Shown here in pieces: positions 1 through 3,624 of a stretch of DNA of 6,249 nt. The notes beneath the pieces are model-generated. The model saw nothing but the letters and a program-made list of their open reading frames with translations. It was not told the DNA's origin and made no database searches. This DNA is from a virus, in IMG/VR virus record IMGVR_UViG_3300045988_006681, positions 1 through 6,249 of that record. The stretch is one strand, 5' to 3'. The translations under genes were made by a program, and so were the position numbers. Each line of letters begins with the position of its first letter. The first letter of the stretch is position 1.

Positions 1-55
1 ATGGTGATTACGGCTCTCAGATTAAGGCTCATTATGGTTTTGACGCTGTTCATGA
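1..55. repeat. Terminal direct repeat, copy 1 (identical to 6195-6249); signature of a circular genome linearised with overlap
   Basis: Base-by-base comparison: atggtgattacggctctcagattaaggctcattatggttttgacgctgttcatga occurs at 1-55 and again at 6195-6249 with no mismatch. Confidence 0.97.
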
Positions 56-743
56 CGATTGGAAATCTCAGTTTATTGGTGGTTGTTCTGCTCCTATCCA
101 GATTTCTGAGGTTATTACTACTGCTACTACTGCTGATGAATCTGGTGACCTATTGGCTACTTCTGGTGATATTAAAGGCAAAGGTGTTTCACTTAATCAA
201 GGTTCTTTCACTTTTGATTCTCGTGAACATGGTATTATTATTGGTATTCTATCTATTGTTCCTGAGGCTGATTATCAGTCCTCTATGGTTGATGCTTTTA
301 ATATGAAGACTTCTCGTGAACAGTATTTCCAGCCTGAATTCCAAGATTTAGGTAAACAGCCTATACAGTCTTCTGAGTTGTCGTTTTATGTTTATTCGAA
401 ATCGCCTACTAATCCTAAAGATAGGATTATTAATAATATTATAGGTTTTACTAACCGTTACATGGAGTATAAGACATCATTTAATAAGGTTCATGGTTCT
501 TTTAATACTCACGGTTCTCTTAGTTCTTGGGCTTCTCCTCGTAATAATCCTTTGTTTGTTAAGTCTGATTATTCTTCTGTGTTTATTAGTAATGCTTCGC
601 TTAAAGTTGACCCTCGTATTCTTAACCCTATTATGGCTGTTTCTTATGATGGTACTGAACCTACTGACCCATTTATTTGTGATTGTCACGTTTCCGTTCA
701 AGCTGTACGACCTATGAGTGTTAGTGGTGAACCTATGTTGTAA
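1..743 (+). CDS. VP1: Major capsid protein VP1 (F-like), C-terminal part; continues the 5240-6249 ORF across the circular junction (first full codon at nt 3)
   Basis: Frame 3 is open from nt 3 (GDYGSQIKAHYGFDAVHDDWKSQFIGG...) to TAA 741-743. nt 3 corresponds to 6197, which is in phase with ATG 5240 (6197-5240=957=3x319). The ORF track's TTG 'start' at 153 is internal. C-terminal blocks such as REQYFQPEFQDLGKQPI match my memory of microvirus capsid proteins. The joined CDS is 1698 nt, 565 aa. Confidence 0.93.
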   Translation, partial: GDYGSQIKAHYGFDAVHDDWKSQFIGGCSAPIQISEVITTATTADESGDLLATSGDIKGKGVSLNQGSFTFDSREHGIIIGILSIVPEADYQSSMVDAFNMKTSREQYFQPEFQDLGKQPIQSSELSFYVYSKSPTNPKDRIINNIIGFTNRYMEYKTSFNKVHGSFNTHGSLSSWASPRNNPLFVKSDYSSVFISNASLKVDPRILNPIMAVSYDGTEPTDPFICDCHVSVQAVRPMSVSGEPML

Positions 744-760
744 TTTTAATATTTTTGATT

Positions 761-1225
761 ATGAATTTTAAAGATTATTTTCTAAAATTGTATTTGGCTG
801 TTGGTTATTGTCCTTCTGTCGATTCTTATCCTCCAGAGAGTAAGGATTCGCTTTTGGATTATGATTCACTTTCAGTAATGTTTCCACTTAATGAAGAAAC
901 CGGACATGTAGTTGATTTGCTTACTCGTTTGTTGAATACTACAAATGAGTTGGAACGCAATCAGCTTATGCAGTATTTGCAAGATAATTCTTCTGCGTCA
1001 TCCTTTGATAAGCTTGACGATGAGACTAAATTGCAGTTGCTTAAACCTCGTTCTATTCAGTCTCTTGATGAGTTGTCTGAGTATGGTGATATGTTAAAAT
1101 CCGCTATTGAGCAGTTTAATGCTCCGTCTGACCCTGGTTCGTCTGACCCTGCTTCGTCTGACCCTGCTCCGTCTGACCCTGGTTCGTCTGACCCTGCTTC
1201 GTCTGACCCTGCTCCTGCGTCTTAA
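761..1225 (+). CDS. Acidic 154-aa protein with C-terminal SDPxS repeats; possible internal scaffolding (VP3-like) protein, function not established
   Basis: ORF from ATG 761 (the track's start at 755 is a TTG) to TAA 1223-1225, 17 nt after the VP1 stop. It uses the same T-ending codon bias as VP1/VP2. It is D/E-rich and has the size and position, next to the capsid genes, expected for a scaffolding protein. I recognise no diagnostic motif. Confidence 0.7.
   Translation: MNFKDYFLKLYLAVGYCPSVDSYPPESKDSLLDYDSLSVMFPLNEETGHVVDLLTRLLNTTNELERNQLMQYLQDNSSASSFDKLDDETKLQLLKPRSIQSLDELSEYGDMLKSAIEQFNAPSDPGSSDPASSDPAPSDPGSSDPASSDPAPAS
1121..1215 (+). repeat. Perfect tandem duplication of a 45-nt unit (1126-1170 = 1171-1215), itself three 15-nt subunits gtctgaccctgNtYc; encodes (SDPGS-SDPAS-SDPAP)x2
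   Basis: Six consecutive 15-mers read directly: gtctgaccctggttc, gtctgaccctgcttc and gtctgaccctgctcc, and then the same three again. The 5 nt gctcc at 1121-1125 also match the unit end. Confidence 0.97.
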
Positions 1226-1230
1226 TAGTT

Positions 1231-1262
1231 GCACCCCTTTGGGGTGCTTCTATTGTTTTATT
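1231..1262 (+). terminator. Hairpin gcacccc-ttt-ggggtgc (1231-1247) followed by a T-rich tail; candidate weak intrinsic terminator or attenuator between the acidic ORF and VP2
   Basis: Perfect 7-bp GC-rich stem with a 3-nt loop, starting 6 nt after the stop codon. The downstream ttctattgttttattgttt is T-rich but not a clean U-tract. Confidence 0.45.
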
Positions 1263-1277
1263 GTTTAATTTAAATTT
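1263..1277 (+). promoter_or_regulatory. 15-nt leader motif gtttaatttaaattt, copy 1 (6 nt upstream of the VP2 ATG)
   Basis: Identical 15-mer at 5218-5232, 7 nt upstream of the VP1 ATG. A related gtttaaatttt lies at 3390-3400 before the ATG at 3407. Confidence 0.35.
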
Positions 1278-1283
1278 TTTCTT

Positions 1284-2399
1284 ATGAAAATTAAAATTAA
1301 TCCTTCAATAGGCGGTTCTCTTATTTCTGGTGCTGCTGGTTTGCTTGGTGGTCTGTTTGGTTCGTCTTCTTCTGATAAGGCTGCTAAAGCACAATTACAA
1401 GCCGTTCGTGAAACGAATTCCTTAAATAAAGAGTTGGCTTATCAGCAAAATGAATGGAATTTGCAGCAATGGAATCGTCAGAATGCTTATAATGACCCGT
1501 CTGCCCAAATGTCTCGTTTCCGTGCTGCAGGTATCAATCCTTATTTTGCTCTTGGCAACATTACTTCTGGTAATGCAGAGGGTACTCTTTCTTCTGCTGA
1601 TTTAGCTAATCAACAACCCGTGATTTCACCGTTACAAGGTCAGTCTGGTCAAATTTTCGGTAATGCCCTTTCACAAGCTGCTCAATCCGGTGTAAATGCG
1701 TTTTATGATAACCAGATTAAAGCCGAGCAAGCTAAAAACTTGCAGTTGAAAAATGCTTTTGACGCTCAGTCTCTTGTGTACCGTGTTAATAGTCTCCGTT
1801 ATGACAACCAAGCAAAGATGATGGCTAATGAAGTTTATAATGGTACTATGCAATCTCTCATGAACATTACAAAGAATCAGGAGCGTCAAAGCTACATCAA
1901 GACTGCTACAGATGCACTACAACAAGTCGGTACTTCTTATGATGTTGCCATGAAGCAATTTCAACAGCATTATCTTCAACCACAACAGTATGATATTGGT
2001 AAGATGAACATTAACCAAATGGTTGCAAGTATTGCTAAAATGAAGTCCGAAGAGAATTGGAACAAGAAACAGACTGCTCTTGCCGCAAATTACGCTGCTG
2101 CTGCTCTTCTGTCTTCTCGTGCTTCTTGGCTTAATGCCAATGTTAATGATTATGGTACTCGCAATCACGCTTGGAATGAAACGCAGTCTACTTATCGTCA
2201 AAATTATGTTTTCAATCGTACTAAAGACGCTTTAGTTAAACAGACTTTACTTGGTGTTGATATGCTTACTAATCAAAAACGTATGTCTGATTGGAATGTT
2301 AAAAAAGATTTGTCTGCTCCTTATCGTGGTTTACATGCCTTTGGTGAATTTGGTCGTAATACTATTGGTGCTTGGTCACCTTTTACCGTCTTTAAATAA
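1284..2399 (+). CDS. VP2: Minor capsid / DNA pilot protein VP2 (H-like)
   Basis: 371-aa ORF. It has an N-terminal Gly-rich hydrophobic segment (GGSLISGAAGLLGGLFG), then a Q/N-rich helical region containing NAYNDPSAQMSRFRAAGINPYFAL. That contains the AG(L/I)NP block I associate with microvirus VP2/pilot proteins. Size and position fit. Confidence 0.88.
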   Translation: MKIKINPSIGGSLISGAAGLLGGLFGSSSSDKAAKAQLQAVRETNSLNKELAYQQNEWNLQQWNRQNAYNDPSAQMSRFRAAGINPYFALGNITSGNAEGTLSSADLANQQPVISPLQGQSGQIFGNALSQAAQSGVNAFYDNQIKAEQAKNLQLKNAFDAQSLVYRVNSLRYDNQAKMMANEVYNGTMQSLMNITKNQERQSYIKTATDALQQVGTSYDVAMKQFQQHYLQPQQYDIGKMNINQMVASIAKMKSEENWNKKQTALAANYAAAALLSSRASWLNANVNDYGTRNHAWNETQSTYRQNYVFNRTKDALVKQTLLGVDMLTNQKRMSDWNVKKDLSAPYRGLHAFGEFGRNTIGAWSPFTVFK

Positions 2400-2406
2400 T
2401 AAAATT

Positions 2407-2446
2407 GGTGCGCGCGCGTGTCTCACGTGTGTGCGCCTTTTTTTTT
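2407..2446 (+). terminator. Strong rho-independent terminator downstream of VP2
   Basis: ggtgcgcgcgcgtg / tct / cacgtgtgtgcgcc forms a 14-bp stem (10 Watson-Crick plus 4 G-U pairs, which pair only on the + strand). It is followed immediately by nine T (2438-2446) and starts 8 nt after the VP2 stop. Confidence 0.8.
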
Positions 2447-2538
2447 ATGTGCGAGTATCCGTTAAAGGATACGACAACCCAGCTTCTTTTACTCTATCCG
2501 TTAGGCATCAATACCTATGAAAAACACTAGCCTTTTTG

Positions 2539-2566
2539 TTTCTTTTTGGGCAATGCCAAAAAGAAA
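2539..2566 (+). other. Perfect 11-bp hairpin tttctttttgg / gcaatg / ccaaaaagaaa
   Basis: All 11 pairs (2539-2566 through 2549-2556) verified by hand. The 6-nt loop contains an ATG (2553-2555). Confidence 0.8.
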
Positions 2567-2567
2567 G

Positions 2568-2620
2568 CCGTCGGCAGACCCCGCGGAGCGTAAACGCGCT
2601 CGCTTCCGTGCGCCAGACGG
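2568..2620 (+). other. GC-rich irregular stem-loop
   Basis: ccgtc (2568-2572) pairs with gacgg (2616-2620). ggc (2573-2575) pairs with gcc (2612-2614), with A2615 bulged. cgcgg (2582-2586) pairs with ccgtg (2606-2610), including one G-U. The apical part (gagcg/cgctc or gcg-taaa-cgc) is ambiguous. Confidence 0.45.
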
Positions 2621-2631
2621 AAGGCAGGTTA

Positions 2632-2648
2632 TAGGGCTGCAAGCCCTA
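2632..2648 (+). other. Hairpin tagggct-gca-agcccta
   Basis: 7 contiguous complementary pairs (2632-2648 through 2638-2642). It may instead close at C2638-G2644 with loop tgcaa. Confidence 0.6.
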
Positions 2649-2674
2649 ATCGCCAGTTATCGTTAGTTCTCTGA

Positions 2675-2756
2675 GCGCAACATAATAGACGTTGCGACAT
2701 CAGAAAATTCTGCGTAGGCAAATTTTCCATGTCGTGACGTTTATTATGTTGTGCGC
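2675..2756 (+). other. Long extended hairpin A (about 36 bp over 82 nt)
   Basis: Lower stem of 26 bp, 2675-2700 with 2729-2756: a 2-nt bulge at 2751-2752 and three G-T pairs at 2694/2735, 2693/2736 and 2688/2741. It continues as gaaaatt (2703-2709) / aattttc (2721-2727) and tgc (2711-2713) / gca (2718-2720), with apical loop gtag. Confidence 0.85.
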
Positions 2757-2759
2757 CCG

Positions 2760-2766
2760 GCGAAGC
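2760..2766 (+). other. GCGAAGC mini-hairpin motif, copy 1 (in the 11-nt linker between hairpins A and B)
   Basis: Exact heptamer gcgaagc. The only other copy in the window is at 2880-2886. Confidence 0.6.
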
Positions 2767-2767
2767 A

Positions 2768-2841
2768 GAAAATGGACAATAATTTAGTCGTTTAAATTGC
2801 GACGAAGGAGCTTTTTAAACGTCTAGATTATGTTCATTTTC
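2768..2841 (+). other. Long extended hairpin B (about 27 bp over 74 nt)
   Basis: gaaaatggacaataatttagtcgtttaaa (2768-2796) pairs with tttaaacgtctagattatgttcattttc (2814-2841). Imperfections are one bulged A (2778), one T-T mismatch (2788/2822) and two G-T pairs (2775/2834, 2784/2826). The loop is 17 nt. Confidence 0.85.
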
Positions 2842-2876
2842 ACATTTTCTATTGTCGAACACTCAAGCAGGGAAAG

Positions 2877-2889
2877 CTGGCGAAGCCAG
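2877..2889 (+). other. Mini-hairpin ctggc-gaa-gccag containing GCGAAGC copy 2 (2880-2886)
   Basis: 5-bp GC-rich stem closing a GAA loop. Confidence 0.6.
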
Positions 2890-2919
2890 ACTATTTCTAC
2901 AGTTGTTTTGTACATTTTA

Positions 2920-2988
2920 TCAGTTTTCCCGTTAGGGCAAACCGCTCCCGTCGTTTGCAACCCCTCTTGTCTTATATACGAAAACTGA
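2920..2988 (+). other. Nested stem-loop domain: 9-bp closing helix with an internal 6-bp hairpin
   Basis: tcagttttc (2920-2928) pairs perfectly with gaaaactga (2980-2988). Inside it, gcaaac (2937-2942) pairs with gtttgc (2953-2958) around a 10-nt loop. gg (2935-2936) could pair with cc (2961-2962) across an AA bulge. Confidence 0.65.
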
Positions 2989-3042
2989 CAGAAAATATAT
3001 TTAATCTTGCTAGAGTCTTATTTTGTAAACTTAGACTTTGCA

Positions 3043-3054
3043 TTTCACGTGAAA
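3043..3054. repeat. Perfect 12-nt palindrome tttcacgtgaaa in the AT-rich tail of the non-coding module
   Basis: The sequence equals its own reverse complement. Flanking cat (3040-3042) and atg (3057-3059) extend the pairing across a 2-nt bulge. Confidence 0.7.
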
Positions 3055-3111
3055 CAATGTAAAATTAATTAAAAAACGTTATCATAATACCGGTTATAAT
3101 AAAATAATGCT

Positions 3112-3119
3112 TATATTTG
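3112..3119 (+). promoter_or_regulatory. Candidate Bacteroidota-type -7 promoter box (TAnnTTTG) for the early operon
   Basis: tatatttg is the only exact TAnnTTTG match I found by eye in 2447-3185. It lies 67 nt upstream of ATG 3186. I found no clear -33 TTTG at the expected spacing. Confidence 0.3.
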
Positions 3120-3185
3120 CCTTCGAAATCAGTTACATGGTGTTTCTGGTATATATTATTCATGTAAAAATAAATATTTTGGCTT

Positions 3186-3395
3186 ATGAAAAAGAAACTA
3201 CATTTGCAGCAATTTCTTCGTTGTGTGATTATGTATAATGACATTAATCATATACGGTCTTTACATTTTGCGGTTAATCCCGATTATGTAGACAATTTTT
3301 TAACTATTATACACGATACCTTTGTGAGTCCAGATGTGCAGTTTACTGATATTATCTATTCATATGATAATCGTGATTTTTTCAATCTCGTTTAA
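3186..3395 (+). CDS. Hypothetical 69-aa protein
   Basis: First ORF after the non-coding module. Its start context cttATGAAAAAG is like those of the other genes, and its stop lies 11 nt before the next ATG (operon-like packing). I recognise no motif. Confidence 0.5.
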   Translation: MKKKLHLQQFLRCVIMYNDINHIRSLHFAVNPDYVDNFLTIIHDTFVSPDVQFTDIIYSYDNRDFFNLV

Positions 3396-3406
3396 ATTTT
3401 GTAATT

Positions 3407-3613
3407 ATGAAAAAGGAAATTTTGAAAATTGTTATCAAAGTGTTAATCTATGCTTTAGGTCTTATTGGTAGTTATCTTGGTATTACTGCTTTGACTTCTT
3501 GCTCTTCTAACCGTGCTGTTGAGTGTTCTGGCAGAACAACTATTCTGATTCAAGATACCACTCATATTCAGCATTCTAGTGATTATTTTAGACGTTTCAA
3601 GTATAAATATTAA
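3407..3613 (+). CDS. Hypothetical 68-aa membrane-targeted protein; putative small lipoprotein
   Basis: MKKEILKIVIK (basic n-region), VLIYALGLIGSYLGITAL (hydrophobic h-region), then the lipobox-like L-T-S-C with Cys32, leaving a polar 36-residue tail. The ORF is spaced 11 nt from both neighbouring ORFs. Confidence 0.55.
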   Translation: MKKEILKIVIKVLIYALGLIGSYLGITALTSCSSNRAVECSGRTTILIQDTTHIQHSSDYFRRFKYKY

Positions 3614-3624
3614 ATTCTGTTATT

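Larger units (their letters stand above)
2400..3185 (+). other. 786-nt non-coding, structure-dense module (about 13% of the genome); function unknown
   Basis: No ORF of 60 codons or more starts in 2521-3185 on either strand in the supplied track. By hand count, 61 of the 100 nt at 2561-2660 are G+C. A chain of stem-loops is listed separately. Confidence 0.8.

Noticed and set aside
133-139. CTGATGA (hammerhead ribozyme core box) at 133-139
   Set aside because: It lies inside the VP1 coding sequence. I could not identify a matching GAAA box or flanking helices I-III. A 7-mer match by chance is expected.
1-306. 101-aa + strand ORF at 1-306 and the similar L/V/I/F-rich + strand ORFs at 493-717, 2251-2520 and 3890-4072
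   Set aside because: These are off-frame readings of strongly T-rich codons inside VP1, VP2 and VP4. The translations are low-complexity Leu/Val/Ile strings with no motifs, and each is fully overlapped by a gene with family-specific motifs.
755-760. TTG start at 755 used by the ORF track for the acidic protein
   Set aside because: An in-frame ATG follows two codons later (761), with the same ttATGAA context as the other genes, so ATG 761 is the more plausible start.
2456-2503. 9-nt direct repeat tatccgtta (2456-2464 and 2495-2503), with ccgttagg again at 2929-2936
   Set aside because: It is short, and CCGTTA is common throughout the coding regions because CGT and TTA are favoured codons. 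There is insufficient evidence for an iteron.
2675-2841. The ACATAA / TTATGTT cores of the four repeats resemble XerC/XerD half-sites of dif (GGTGCGCATAA-TGTATA-TTATGTTAAAT; for example ttatgttcatt at 2828-2838 matches 9 of 11). Considered as a CTX-phage-like folded ssDNA attP for host Xer recombinases
   Set aside because: No strand or hairpin duplex presents two inverted arms around a 6-8 bp central region, because the sequence opposite each arm-like core is agacgtt/gcgac. Only half-sites exist. It is worth a proper search against Bacteroidales dif sites, but it is not supportable from the sequence alone.
2893-2914. atttctacagttgttttgtaca resembles the 3' handle of Cas12a CRISPR repeats (AAUUUCUACUGUUGUAGAU); considered as a solitary repeat or RNA anti-CRISPR
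   Set aside because: Only ATTTCTAC plus GTTG match. The 3' half is gtaca rather than gtaga, so the 5-bp handle stem is broken (4 of 5 pairs). The loop is 9 nt instead of 4-5. There is no second repeat or spacer. The similarity is too weak without a search against host CRISPR repeats.
2830-2988. 52-codon + strand ORF (MFIFTFSIVEHSSRESWRSQTISTVVLYILSVFPLGQTAPVVCNPSCLIYEN) inside the non-coding module; considered as a possible small hydrophobic lysis peptide
   Set aside because: It starts inside the 3' arm of hairpin B and ends in the closing helix of the 2920-2988 domain. It has no gene-like start context, its codon usage is atypical, and it has nothing diagnostic. The nucleotides are better explained by the conserved-looking helices. 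It could be revisited if the frame is conserved in relatives.
2424-3051. CACGTG palindrome present both in the terminator loop region (2424-2429) and in the 12-nt palindrome (3046-3051); considered as terminal inverted repeats of an inserted element bounding the module
   Set aside because: A 6-mer is expected about once or twice per 6 kb by chance. The flanks do not extend into a convincing inverted repeat, and there are no target-site duplications.
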